Assembly: GCA_964346725.1 (NCBI GenBank)
Contig: CAYFVM010000007.1
Location: 2,470 to 66,469, forward strand
Length of the DNA: 64,000 nt
Direction of reading: 5' to 3'
Source: an uncultured Bacteroidales bacterium
Lineage (GTDB): Bacteria; Bacteroidota; Bacteroidia; Bacteroidales; UBA1715
The position numbers were made by a program, and so were the translations under genes. The notes under the pieces are model-generated. The model searched no databases. It saw nothing but the letters and a program-made list of their open reading frames with translations, and was not told the origin of the DNA. Positions 37,649 through 47,744 of the stretch are shown here, one piece after another. How positions within the stretch are numbered: position 1 is the first letter of the stretch; each line of letters starts with the position of its first letter.

Positions 37649-38620
37649 TTATTGTTTTTTTAATCCATAATGGCGAGGTTGAATCTTATTGATAAGAGGA
37701 ACCAACGCATTCATAATTAAGATAGCAAACGACATACCTTCGGGATATGAACCATATTGGCGAATAATGATAGTAAGTGCGCCAATACCAATACCGAAAA
37801 TAATTTTTCCTACACTTGTCATAGGAGATGTTGTGTAGTCTGTTGCCATGAATATAGCACCAAGCATAGAACCTCCAGCACAAATCTGGAATAATGGGGT
37901 TGCATTAAATTCAGGATTCACAAGGTAAAGAATACCCGAGAAAATGAACATTGTTCCCAAAACACTTACCGGAATATGCCAAGAAATTGTTTTTGTGAAT
38001 ATGAGATACAAACCTCCTATAAGAAGTGCTATCACTGAAATTTCACCAAGGCTACCACCGATGTTTCCTAACAATAAATCTTGTGTAGATGGAAAATCAA
38101 GGTCTATAATTGGTTTTTTAGTAGTGATACATTCTTTAAGTAATCCAAGAGGAGTCGCTCCTGTTGTTCCATCTACTGCATAGTTTGAAACTTTTGACCA
38201 TGTTGTCATGTCGGCAGGGAAGGAAATCAATAAGAAAACACGTCCTACAAGTGCGGGGTTGAAAATGTTGCAACCTATACCACCAAAAGACATTTTTGCA
38301 ATGCCAATGGCAATTAAACTGCCAATAACAATCATCCAAAGAGGAAGATCGTTAGGAAGGTTAAATGAAAGCAATACGCCGGTAATAATTGCTGAACAAT
38401 CTTTGATAGAGCAATCTTTGTTTTTGAAAAGCAAACGATTTATAGCATATTCAAAAGCCAAACATGAAACAACGGCAGTGAGCATTGATATTAGTGCAGA
38501 CAAACCAAATACTGCAAGGGAAAATATAAATGCAGGAATAAGAGCAATCAATACGTTGCGCATCAACTTTGTGGTGCTCGTATCGGATTGATAATGAGGA
38601 GACGGAGAGGTGGTTAACAT
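37649..38620 (-). CDS. rnfD: Rnf complex subunit D
   Basis: Polytopic, with the NqrB/RnfD-type flavinylation region DGTTGATPLG. Confidence 0.92.
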   Translation of the reverse strand: MLTTSPSPHYQSDTSTTKLMRNVLIALIPAFIFSLAVFGLSALISMLTAVVSCLAFEYAINRLLFKNKDCSIKDCSAIITGVLLSFNLPNDLPLWMIVIGSLIAIGIAKMSFGGIGCNIFNPALVGRVFLLISFPADMTTWSKVSNYAVDGTTGATPLGLLKECITTKKPIIDLDFPSTQDLLLGNIGGSLGEISVIALLIGGLYLIFTKTISWHIPVSVLGTMFIFSGILYLVNPEFNATPLFQICAGGSMLGAIFMATDYTTSPMTSVGKIIFGIGIGALTIIIRQYGSYPEGMSFAILIMNALVPLINKIQPRHYGLKKQ

Positions 38621-38625
38621 ACTCG

Positions 38626-40005
38626 TTATTTTTTTTGTAATTCTGTAGATTTATCGTTTTTACTATCTGTTGACGCTTTTTGTTCGTTCTTTTGAATTTG
38701 TAAAACTTTAGTTTTTCCTAAACGAATATAGTCAAGTAACGGTTTGTATGCCGGACATGAAAAGCTGCATGAACCACATTCAAAGCAGTTTAATACATCA
38801 TGTTCGTTGAGTTGATCATACAATCCTTTTTTTGATAATGTGTAAAGTAAATATGGTTCAAGTCCCATAGGGCATCCATCAACGCATCGAGCACATCGAA
38901 TACAGTTTGTTTCTTTTTTTCTGTGAGTTTCTTCAGAGTTCATGCATAGAATTCCCGAAGAACCTTTTGTGATAGGTATATCAAGTGACATCATTGCTTT
39001 TCCCATCATTGGTCCGCCACATATTACTTTGTCTGTGTTTTCAGGAAGTCCGCCAACAAAATCCAGTAATGCACTTGCTGGTGTTCCCATACGTACTAAG
39101 AGATTCGAAGGCTTTTTGACATCAGTACCGGTAACTGTTACCACGCGTTCAAAAAGCGGTTTGTTTTTCACAACAGCTTCATATACGGCAAAGGTTGTAG
39201 CCACGTTGCTCACAATTACACCAACCGAAGCCGGTAGTTTACATGAAGGAACTTCGCGTCCAGTAAGAGCTTGTATTAAATGTTTCTCGCTTCCTTGCGG
39301 ATATTTTACTTCGAGAGGAACTATTTCTATACCTTGAAAAGTAGATGCTACAGCTTTCATTTGTGCGATAGCTTCCGGTTTGTTGTTTTCAATACCAACT
39401 TTTGCAACCGGCACATTCAATGCTTTTTTCATAATTTCAATGCCTATACAAATTTCTTCCGCTTTTTCAAGCATTAGAGCATCGTCAGCGGTAAGATATG
39501 GCTCGCATTCTACACCATTGATGAGCAAATCTGTAATTGTGTCATCTTTTGATGGGCATAGTTTTATGCAGAGTGGGAAAGTAGCTCCACCCATACCAAC
39601 TATACCTGCTTCTTTTACTTTTTCCTTGATTTCTTCAGGGGTGAAATTGATATTTCGAACTGCTTCAGGAGAACGATCAATTGCTGCTTCCCATTCATCA
39701 GTGCCATCAGTTTTGATGATGATAGTTTGTTTCATAAAACCACATACGTCCGGTTTATTATCAATTTTTTCAACAGTTCCAGAAACGGATGAAAAAATGT
39801 TTGCAGAAACAAAACCTACGCTTTCGCCAATTTTTGTACCTACTTTAACCTTGTCGCCAACTGCAACAACAGGATTTGCTGGCGCTCCTAGATGTTGTGA
39901 CATAGGAATGCTAACAAATTCAGGTATGGGAGCTTGTGTTATTTTTTGTCCTTTGGACAACTTATTTTCTTTTGGGTGTACACCGCCTATTTTAAATGTT
40001 TTCAT
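38626..40005 (-). CDS. rnfC: Rnf complex subunit C
   Basis: GMGGATFP, and two 4Fe-4S motifs CIRCARCVDGCP and CFECGSCSFSCP. Confidence 0.92.
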   Translation of the reverse strand: MKTFKIGGVHPKENKLSKGQKITQAPIPEFVSIPMSQHLGAPANPVVAVGDKVKVGTKIGESVGFVSANIFSSVSGTVEKIDNKPDVCGFMKQTIIIKTDGTDEWEAAIDRSPEAVRNINFTPEEIKEKVKEAGIVGMGGATFPLCIKLCPSKDDTITDLLINGVECEPYLTADDALMLEKAEEICIGIEIMKKALNVPVAKVGIENNKPEAIAQMKAVASTFQGIEIVPLEVKYPQGSEKHLIQALTGREVPSCKLPASVGVIVSNVATTFAVYEAVVKNKPLFERVVTVTGTDVKKPSNLLVRMGTPASALLDFVGGLPENTDKVICGGPMMGKAMMSLDIPITKGSSGILCMNSEETHRKKETNCIRCARCVDGCPMGLEPYLLYTLSKKGLYDQLNEHDVLNCFECGSCSFSCPAYKPLLDYIRLGKTKVLQIQKNEQKASTDSKNDKSTELQKK

Positions 40006-40016
40006 ACGCAGACGAT

Positions 40017-40859
40017 TTAATTGATAGATTCTTCTTTTTTCTTCCGAGTAGGAAAATTTGTTTCAATAATGCTACCTGTTGGGCATTCTTCAACGCATTT
40101 TCTGCACAATTTGCATTTGTTAGCGTCAATGTATGCCAATGAGTCAGCTATGACAATTGCATCGTTAGCACAAACTTTCTGACATTTGCCACATCCAATA
40201 CAAGCAACGGTACATGCTTTTTTAGCAAGGAATCCTTTGTCTTTGTTTGAACAAGCTACATAGATTTTCATGTCTTTTTTGTTTGTCTTACGAATTTCCA
40301 ATAGTTTCTTTGGACAAGCAGCAACACATTTTCCGCACGCAGTACAAAGAGATGTTTCTATTTCTGGTAAATGTGTTTCAGGATTCATTTTCATTGCTCC
40401 GAATTGACATGCAGCAACGCAATCGCCAAAACCGGTACAACCAAATGAACAACCTGTGTCTCCAGCATAGAAATTTGCTGCAAATGCGCATGATGAAATT
40501 CCTTCGTATGCTACATGTTTCGTTCTCTTATCACAAGCTCCGGCACAACGCAAAACAGCAACTTGCATGTCTTTCTTTTGAACAGATTTTCCAAGAAAAT
40601 TACCAATTGCATCCATCGTTTCGCTACCTGCTACTGAACAATATAAGCCTTCAAGAGTAGGAGATTCAACCATTTTTTCGGCTAATTTTCTGCAACCAGG
40701 TTGGCCGCATCCACCGCAATTTGCACCTGGAAGCATTGCTTCTACTTCGTCATATAGAGGATTTTCTTCGATATAAAACTTCTTCGCAACATAGTATAGC
40801 GTTAACCCTACGAATATGCCAATTGCACAAAGAAGGAGAATTGTGTTAAGTATTGTCAT
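40017..40859 (-). CDS. rnfB: Rnf complex subunit B (polyferredoxin)
   Basis: An N-terminal TM segment, CGGCGQPGC, and several CxxCxxCxxxCP motifs (CTACGKCVAACP, CIGCGKCQKVC, CKLCRKCVEECP). Confidence 0.9.
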   Translation of the reverse strand: MTILNTILLLCAIGIFVGLTLYYVAKKFYIEENPLYDEVEAMLPGANCGGCGQPGCRKLAEKMVESPTLEGLYCSVAGSETMDAIGNFLGKSVQKKDMQVAVLRCAGACDKRTKHVAYEGISSCAFAANFYAGDTGCSFGCTGFGDCVAACQFGAMKMNPETHLPEIETSLCTACGKCVAACPKKLLEIRKTNKKDMKIYVACSNKDKGFLAKKACTVACIGCGKCQKVCANDAIVIADSLAYIDANKCKLCRKCVEECPTGSIIETNFPTRKKKEESIN

Positions 40860-40864
40860 AAAAT

Positions 40865-41272
40865 TTATTTTTTTATAGAAAATGAAAATTTACGCTCTAT
40901 TTTGTCTCTATATTTATGTAACACAAAAAAATGACAAACTAAAAGAGAGATTGCCACCAATGCTGCTATAAGTTCACTTGTAAATTGTAAACAAATAAAA
41001 AGAGATGCTATTAATATAAAAAGCGGTAGTATATAGGCTAATACCACCGCTTTAGTTCCTAATGCCGAATCCATTACTACTTGAATTTCATCGCCAATTT
41101 GAAGATTTTCTGTTGTTTTTTTGACGTAGACGAGTTTTTCCGACACTTCCGATAATCCACAGATTGTTTTGGCATGGCAATTTCCACATGATGATTCCGC
41201 GCTAATCGCAACCGTAATTGTTTCATCGTTTATACAACGGATAACACCTGTATGCATAATCGAATTGCTCAT
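40865..41272 (-). CDS. RseC/MucC-family (SoxR-reducing system) small membrane protein
   Basis: 135 aa with the N-terminal CGNCHAKTICG motif and two C-terminal TM helices. It sits immediately upstream of rnfB, as in other rnf clusters. Confidence 0.75.
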   Translation of the reverse strand: MSNSIMHTGVIRCINDETITVAISAESSCGNCHAKTICGLSEVSEKLVYVKKTTENLQIGDEIQVVMDSALGTKAVVLAYILPLFILIASLFICLQFTSELIAALVAISLLVCHFFVLHKYRDKIERKFSFSIKK

Positions 41273-41282
41273 ATCTTTGTAT

Positions 41283-42557
41283 TTATCTAAAAATCGTTTT
41301 GTCTCTATCTGGTCCTACTGAAACTATTTTAACTGGAACATTTGTTTCTTTTTCAATAAACTCAATGTATTCTATTATTTCTTTTGGTAATTCGTTGTAG
41401 TTAGATGTGTTCAATTCTTGCTTCCAACCTTTGAATTCTGTATAGATTGGTTCTGCATTTTCCAAATCGTTTGGCAAGTAATTGATAACAGAGCCTTTAT
41501 ATTTATATGCGGTACAAATTTTTATTGTATCAAATTGGTTCATAACGTCAATTTTCATCATGAATAATTGGGTTACACCATTGAGCATGATAGCATATTT
41601 GAGGGCTACTAAGTCAAGCCAACCACAACGGCGAGAACGACCGGTAGTCGCTCCAAATTCATCTCCGTGTTTGCGAAGAGATTCTCCGGTTTCATCAAAT
41701 AGTTCGGTAGGGAATGGGCCACTGCCTACGCGTGTACAATATGCTTTAAATATTCCGAAAACTTCGCCTATACGTTGTGGTGCAAGACCAAGTCCGGTGC
41801 AAGCTCCAGCTGCTATGGTATTTGATGATGTAACAAACGGATACGAACCGAATTCTATGTCAAGCAATGTTCCTTGGGCACCTTCGCACAGCATTGTTTT
41901 CCCACTATTTATAGCTTCATTGATGTAAAATTCACTATCAATTATTTTTAGTGATTTAATGAGCGCTATACCTTCAAACCATTCCTTTTCGTATGCATCA
42001 ATGTCAAACGAATATGAGTAGTTTTTAAGGATATCTAAGTGAGTTTGTTTGCAGTTTTTGTATTTCGTGTCAAAATCGTTTAAAATATCTCCAACACGAA
42101 GACCTGTTCTTGCAATTTTGTCGGTGTAAGTAGGACCTATACCTTTTTTTGTAGACCCAATTTTATTGTCACCTTTTGCATTTTCATACGCTTCGTCTAA
42201 AGCTTTGTGAGAAGGTAGGATAAGGTGAGCTCGTGAAGATACAATAAGTCGATCTGTAAAGTTTATGTTTTGTTTTGCGAGTTTGTCAACTTCTTCTTTG
42301 AATATAAAGGGATCTATGACAACACCATTTCCAATAATATTGATGGCATTAGGACGGAAAACACCAGATGGGATTGTATGTAGCACATGTTTTACATTGT
42401 TAAAAACCAATGTGTGACCAGCATTCGGACCACCTTGAAAACGTGCAACTATATCGTATTTAGGAGTTAGTACATCAACGATTTTTCCTTTCCCTTCGTC
42501 TCCCCATTGGAGTCCTAACAAGACATCTGCCTTTTGAGCATTTATTTTTGCATTCAT
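41283..42557 (-). CDS. purA: Adenylosuccinate synthase
   Basis: Motifs GLQWGDEGKGK, GSTKKGIGPTY and GATTGRSRRCGWLD. Confidence 0.95.
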   Translation of the reverse strand: MNAKINAQKADVLLGLQWGDEGKGKIVDVLTPKYDIVARFQGGPNAGHTLVFNNVKHVLHTIPSGVFRPNAINIIGNGVVIDPFIFKEEVDKLAKQNINFTDRLIVSSRAHLILPSHKALDEAYENAKGDNKIGSTKKGIGPTYTDKIARTGLRVGDILNDFDTKYKNCKQTHLDILKNYSYSFDIDAYEKEWFEGIALIKSLKIIDSEFYINEAINSGKTMLCEGAQGTLLDIEFGSYPFVTSSNTIAAGACTGLGLAPQRIGEVFGIFKAYCTRVGSGPFPTELFDETGESLRKHGDEFGATTGRSRRCGWLDLVALKYAIMLNGVTQLFMMKIDVMNQFDTIKICTAYKYKGSVINYLPNDLENAEPIYTEFKGWKQELNTSNYNELPKEIIEYIEFIEKETNVPVKIVSVGPDRDKTIFR

Positions 42558-42693
42558 TATTAATTATTATTTAGAATATTCAAAAACCACGTAAATATAG
42601 ATAAAAAACTCTACCAACACTCAATTTTAGAGAAATGTTGATAACTATTTTCTCACTATGTTTTTGTTTATTGTTAAAAGTTTTCTTTATATA

Positions 42694-44880
42694 TTATTGT
42701 TGTTCAATTCTTTCCACTTTTGTCATTCCTTTGATTTTTTGTAGATTCATCATCAACATATTAAGTTGTGAACTATCGTGAATGTACAAATCGAAATGGG
42801 CGGTAAATTCATTTTCCATTGTTTCAATGTGGACGGTTCTAATGTTCACATTGAGCACGTTGGAAATTACGTTTGAAATTTCATTAAGCATACCAATTCT
42901 ATCTTTTCCTTTCAGAAGAATTGTCGCTAAAAATACTTGTTCTTGACGGCTAATCCATTTAATTTGCTTAGCAGGTTCTTTTAGTTGCCGTTCTATTGCT
43001 ATAGGGCAGTTTTGTTTATGAATTTCCCATCCATTTTCGGAGGCAAATCCTATAACTTCATCTCCGGGAATAGGGTGGCAACAGTTTGCAATGGTGTAAT
43101 TTGTGGAATGGTGAATGATTTTAACGTTTTCATCTTCTTCACCATTTTCTACATCATCGCTTTTTGAAAGTTTTAGTCCCCAAAATAGTATTTTTTTGCT
43201 TTTTCTTTTTTTCGTAGCATACTCTTCAATTTTTATTTTGTTAAGTTCTTCTGCACCAAGTTTTTCGTAGAGTTCATTGCTATCAATAAGACCATAGCCT
43301 TTTACTAATTTTTCAATTATGGTAGGGGTAGGTTGTAGATTTTTTGCTTCTAGTAGTTTTGGAAGAAGTTGTTGTCCACGGAGTAAATTTCGTTTCTTTT
43401 CGAATCTGAATTTTTGTTGTAACGCATTGTTCGCTTTAACGGTAGAAATAATGTTAAACCATTCTTTTTTAGGTTTTTGCGAATCTGATGTGAGTATTTC
43501 AACTTGATCTCCGCTTTGAAGTTTATAATCAAGTCCGACAACTTTTTCTTTATTGATTCTTGCTCCAATGGCATGGTAGCCTATTTCCGAATGTATTTCA
43601 AAAGCAAAATCCAATGCGGTGGCATTAACAGGGAATCGGTGCATTTCTCCTTTTGGGGTAAATGCAAACAAGTCTGTTGAGTATAGGTTGAGTTTGAAAT
43701 CATCTAGGAATTTTAATGCATCTTCATCAGGATTATCTAAGGAAGAACGAACGCGTTTCATCCATACTTCAAGTTGACTTTGCTCGAATCCGTCAATATT
43801 TTTGTATTTCCAATGTGCCGCATAGCCTTGTTCTGCAATTTCGTCCATTCGTTGTGTACGAATTTGCACTTCAACCCACGTTCCATCCGGTCCCATAACG
43901 GTTGTGTGTAAAGCTTCGTATCCGTTGTCTTTCGGAGTTGATATCCAATCTCGCAAACGTTCGGGATTTGGTGTGTATTTGTCTGTGATGTATGAATACA
44001 CGCGCCAACACATGGCTTTTTCTTCTTCTACAGGCACATCTATCAAAATAATTCTTACTGCGAAAACATCGTAAACATTGTCGAATGAAATGTTTTTATT
44101 TTGCATTTTCGCATATATAGAAGACATTGATTTTGAGCGACTTGTGATATTGTATTTAATGTCGTGCTGCTCCAAGGTCATCATGATAGGAATGCAGAAA
44201 CGATTTAAGTAGTGTACGCGTTTTTTTTCACTGCCTTTGAGTTGATGTAAAATGTCGAAGTAAACCGTTGGGTTTTGATATTTTAGACACAAATCTTCAA
44301 GTTCCATTTTAATCTTGTAGAACCCCATACGGTGTGCTATCGGGACAAACAAGGAATTCGTTTCTTCGGCTATGCGTTGTTGCTTTTTTGGCGACATAGA
44401 ATTCAGAGTACGCATATTGTGAAGACGGTCAGCCAATTTGATAATAATAACTCGAACGTCTTCAGATAGTGTAAATACGATTTTCTTGAAATTTTCGGCT
44501 TGCCCTTCTTTATTTTTCAACACACCGCGAATTTTTGTAAGTCCATCAACAATTTGGGTGATTTTAGGCCCAAACATGTTATTGATGTCTTCTAGAGTAA
44601 TATCGGTATCTTCAACTACGTCGTGTAGTAGAGCAGCAATCACAGATTTAGAGCCAAGTCCTATTTCTTCGGAAACAATTTTTGCTACAGCAATTGGATG
44701 GAGAATGTATGGTTCGCCTGAACGTCTTCGTGTTCCATAATGTGCGGTATTTGCAACCTCAAAGGCTTTTCTAACGCGAGCAACCGTTTCTTCGGATTTA
44801 TGGCATTTGGGAGAATTTTTTAACAGATCCTCAAATTCTTGTAGGATATGTTCTTTTTCTTCTTGCGAAAATTCTGCCAT
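42694..44880 (-). CDS. Bifunctional RelA/SpoT-family (p)ppGpp synthetase/hydrolase
   Basis: The HD domain has LLHDVVEDT and the synthetase region has RDWISTPKDNGYEALHTTV. TGS and C-terminal ACT-like regions follow. Confidence 0.93.
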   Translation of the reverse strand: MAEFSQEEKEHILQEFEDLLKNSPKCHKSEETVARVRKAFEVANTAHYGTRRRSGEPYILHPIAVAKIVSEEIGLGSKSVIAALLHDVVEDTDITLEDINNMFGPKITQIVDGLTKIRGVLKNKEGQAENFKKIVFTLSEDVRVIIIKLADRLHNMRTLNSMSPKKQQRIAEETNSLFVPIAHRMGFYKIKMELEDLCLKYQNPTVYFDILHQLKGSEKKRVHYLNRFCIPIMMTLEQHDIKYNITSRSKSMSSIYAKMQNKNISFDNVYDVFAVRIILIDVPVEEEKAMCWRVYSYITDKYTPNPERLRDWISTPKDNGYEALHTTVMGPDGTWVEVQIRTQRMDEIAEQGYAAHWKYKNIDGFEQSQLEVWMKRVRSSLDNPDEDALKFLDDFKLNLYSTDLFAFTPKGEMHRFPVNATALDFAFEIHSEIGYHAIGARINKEKVVGLDYKLQSGDQVEILTSDSQKPKKEWFNIISTVKANNALQQKFRFEKKRNLLRGQQLLPKLLEAKNLQPTPTIIEKLVKGYGLIDSNELYEKLGAEELNKIKIEEYATKKRKSKKILFWGLKLSKSDDVENGEEDENVKIIHHSTNYTIANCCHPIPGDEVIGFASENGWEIHKQNCPIAIERQLKEPAKQIKWISRQEQVFLATILLKGKDRIGMLNEISNVISNVLNVNIRTVHIETMENEFTAHFDLYIHDSSQLNMLMMNLQKIKGMTKVERIEQQ

Positions 44881-44901
44881 GACTCTTTATTTTAACTACT
44901 T

Positions 44902-44909
44902 CAAAGATA
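44902..44909 (-). promoter_or_regulatory. TAnnTTTG -7 promoter motif for relA/spoT
   Basis: The minus strand reads TATCTTTG, 21 nt upstream of ATG 44880. Confidence 0.4.
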
Positions 44910-44942
44910 AATATTTTTTTTGAATATAAGCAAAGGTTACGC

Positions 44943-46469
44943 TTAATTATAAATTAGATGTACAACTCCGTGGCGGTCAATGTTTTCGCCGTTTGGCAAT
45001 GTTATTTGTATCGAATATTGGTACATTCCTGTAGGGGCAATTTTGCCTTTAACTTTTCCATCCCAACCAATCTCTATGTTGTTGCTTGTGAAGATTGTAG
45101 TCCCAAATCTGTCTATGATTTTCAAGGAATACTCTCCGGTAATGAATGCAAATTTGGGTTTAAATATTTGGTTTTCATCTATCTCACTTGTGGGGTTAAA
45201 AATATTCGGTATCAATATTTTATATTCCTTATTTAAACAAACACTATTGGTCGAAGAAATGTAACTTGGTGTTACAAAATTGTTGACTGATTCTACATGG
45301 TAGCATCGTGAAAAACTATGTGTGGCATCATCAATGTAATCAATATATATATAAGTATTACTCGTTACTGAGTCTACAAGTTGTTCGCTTTCATTGTTTT
45401 CCGACATGTAAATTCGATAGTATGAGGCTTCATTCCAGGGAATGTTTTTGGTCCATTCTATCATATTTTGTTCATCGGAAATTTCTCTAATTGTGAGTAG
45501 GATAGGTGTAAGTATTTGTGATTCAATCAATTTTATGCCACAATTGTCAAACACTGCGGATTTGTAAAACACGAGAGTGTCTTTTTTATATGCTTGTGTG
45601 TCGTGGTATATGTATATGGGCGAACTATTTGAATCTAAGGTAATTGTGTCTATACCAATAAAGTGATTGGTGTCAAATTCTGATTTATATACGACATAGT
45701 TTTTATAATCAGCAGCAGTGTCATATTTGAATGTAATTGCCACATCTGTTCCGTCAATGCTTATGTTTTCGGCATTAATGAATTTAGGACTGATTGGCAT
45801 AGGTTTTATTATGGAGCACATTGAAGAATTTGAAAATTGCAAAGTCCCTCGGCAGTCTTGAAATGTTGCTCTCACATAAAAAAAACGTTCTGCGGTTTCG
45901 TTGAGATTTATGAGACAGGTTTTCTCGGATGGAAGGCATTCTTTTACAACAACTTCCGAGCCGTTAATTGATTCTATTATTTCATATTTTTCAACGGTAA
46001 TTCCGTATCCGTAATAGCCGGTCCACGCAATCAAAATTTGCGATGGACATACAGTCGTTTTTGCGGTAGAAACCATTGTTGTGTGGTACTCCCGCAAAGA
46101 TGTGCTATTTGTGCCATTTTCCGAATACGCATCTACGGCAATAGAAATAGGGCGCTCATCTGCATTATAGGGGAAAATTGCTATGGTATCGGTTTTGAAC
46201 GCAAAAGAGTTGTCTTCGTTGCCTGTAATGTCAACAATTCCTTTTCCTTTGATAAGTGTAGTTTCATCGTATATATAGAGGATTCGGGCAAATTTTATAT
46301 TCGGGCTCTCACTTTTGTACCAACTTACGGTAACTTCAGAAGTGTATGGATTCAGAGAAACGTATGAAACATCAGTTGGGTCTATTTCTTGTGCAAAAGT
46401 AAACACCGATGTGTAGCAAAGAAATAGACAAAGTATTGTTTTCTGAATGTTATCCAACAACAATTTCAT
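44943..46469 (-). CDS. Secreted multi-Fn3-like protein with a T9SS type-B (gliding-motility CHU_C-type) C-terminal sorting domain
   Basis: It has a signal peptide MKLLLDNIQKTILCLFLCYTSVFTFAQE. The C-terminus reads IPNIFNPTSE...LKIIDRFGTTIF...GWDGKVKGKIAPTGMYQYSIQITLPNGENIDRHGVVHLIY, which is typical of the type-B CTD. It overlaps the upstream M16 gene by 20 nt. Confidence 0.75.
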   Translation of the reverse strand: MKLLLDNIQKTILCLFLCYTSVFTFAQEIDPTDVSYVSLNPYTSEVTVSWYKSESPNIKFARILYIYDETTLIKGKGIVDITGNEDNSFAFKTDTIAIFPYNADERPISIAVDAYSENGTNSTSLREYHTTMVSTAKTTVCPSQILIAWTGYYGYGITVEKYEIIESINGSEVVVKECLPSEKTCLINLNETAERFFYVRATFQDCRGTLQFSNSSMCSIIKPMPISPKFINAENISIDGTDVAITFKYDTAADYKNYVVYKSEFDTNHFIGIDTITLDSNSSPIYIYHDTQAYKKDTLVFYKSAVFDNCGIKLIESQILTPILLTIREISDEQNMIEWTKNIPWNEASYYRIYMSENNESEQLVDSVTSNTYIYIDYIDDATHSFSRCYHVESVNNFVTPSYISSTNSVCLNKEYKILIPNIFNPTSEIDENQIFKPKFAFITGEYSLKIIDRFGTTIFTSNNIEIGWDGKVKGKIAPTGMYQYSIQITLPNGENIDRHGVVHLIYN

Positions 46470-47742
46470 ACATAGAGTCTTCGTTTAGATAAGTATTTGC
46501 AAGTTCTTGTAAATCTTTTGCTTGCACCTTGTTTATTGTTTTCCAAAAATTACGATAGTAGTCAATGTAATCAAAGTCATACTCCAATGCTTTTTCTAAC
46601 ATGCCACTCGTTGCAAATGCGCCATCAAAATTTCTAACGAGAGAAGATTGAATATAGGTTTTAACCATTGATAATTCACTTTCTAGAACCAACTCAGTAC
46701 GTAAACGTTTTATTTCATAATATATTGCATCTAATGCTTGTGGTACTACATCTTTGCCCACACTCGAGGTGATAATAAAATAACCACTATTACGTAATGA
46801 AACTACACCGGAACCAATGCCATATGTGTAGCCTTTTTCTTCACGCACGTTAGTCATGAGTCGAGAACCGAAGTATCCACCTAATACGGTGTTCAAAATT
46901 CGTAATGGTATAAAGTCAGGATGGGTACGGTTTATAGTCACTTTACCAATATTGATAGACGATTGTACCGCATTTTCTTTTTGAATGTGGTGACGTAGTT
47001 GCGTGTCGCCTTCTATAGGGAATATAGGAGTTTTTGGGTAGTTGTCGCTTGTACGAATCTTATTCTCTTTAAGATATGCAATAAGATTCTTTATTTCTGG
47101 CGACTTTGGATTGCCACAGATAATTATTTTACAGCCTTCCGCCACGTAGTATTTCTCATAAAAATCAATAAGGTCTTGTCTATTTATTTTTGAAAAATCA
47201 TCCAATTCGCATGCAGCGCCATAAGGGTGATTTTTGCCAAACAATGCTTGGCGGAAAATTTTCTGAGAAAGAACTTCAACTCGCTCAATATCAATCTTAT
47301 ACTGTTCTTGTCTTTTGAGTATATGAGTAGCTAATTTATCTTCGGGAAAAGTTGGAGCAAAAAGAAAATCGGAGACAACATTGACAACTTCAGCTAAATG
47401 CTTTTCTATACAGCAAACACTGATGGTTACGTAATCTTGATTAGAGTTGGAGAATAGATATGCGCCTAAGAAATCTAATTTTTCCGCAATTTGTTCTGCA
47501 TTCAAAGCAAGAGAACCTTCTTGCAACATTGCTAAGGTAGAAAGAGGAATGAGATTTGATAGAGCTTGGTAATCGCCGGCCTTTACCATAAAATCAATTT
47601 TAACAACTTCTTGATCTTGCAAAGGCAAAAGATAAATAGGAATACCATTATTTGTTACAAACTTTTCTGCTCGAAGCAATGATAAGTTTTTGATAACCTT
47701 ATATTTTGGTTCTTTTCCTCTTTGTAATCTTCGAATTTGCAT
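46450..47742 (-). CDS. M16-family peptidase, non-catalytic-type subunit
   Basis: 430 aa with the M16 fold pattern. Where HxxEH is expected it reads LSTLAMLQEGS, so the zinc motif is lost. Confidence 0.82.
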   Translation of the reverse strand: MQIRRLQRGKEPKYKVIKNLSLLRAEKFVTNNGIPIYLLPLQDQEVVKIDFMVKAGDYQALSNLIPLSTLAMLQEGSLALNAEQIAEKLDFLGAYLFSNSNQDYVTISVCCIEKHLAEVVNVVSDFLFAPTFPEDKLATHILKRQEQYKIDIERVEVLSQKIFRQALFGKNHPYGAACELDDFSKINRQDLIDFYEKYYVAEGCKIIICGNPKSPEIKNLIAYLKENKIRTSDNYPKTPIFPIEGDTQLRHHIQKENAVQSSINIGKVTINRTHPDFIPLRILNTVLGGYFGSRLMTNVREEKGYTYGIGSGVVSLRNSGYFIITSSVGKDVVPQALDAIYYEIKRLRTELVLESELSMVKTYIQSSLVRNFDGAFATSGMLEKALEYDFDYIDYYRNFWKTINKVQAKDLQELANTYLNEDSMYEIVVG

Positions 47743-47744
47743 AA

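Noticed and set aside
39380-40024. Long antisense ORFs: 39380-40024 opposite rnfC, 50687-51256 opposite pta, 26798-27361 opposite the batD-like gene, 1251-1865 opposite the SGNH/MBOAT genes, 38208-38591 opposite rnfD, and 54980-55363 opposite the exonuclease gene
   Set aside because: Each lies fully inside a confidently identified gene on the other strand. Their Ser/Thr/Ile-rich compositions are typical of antisense frames, and they have no motifs or promoter signals.
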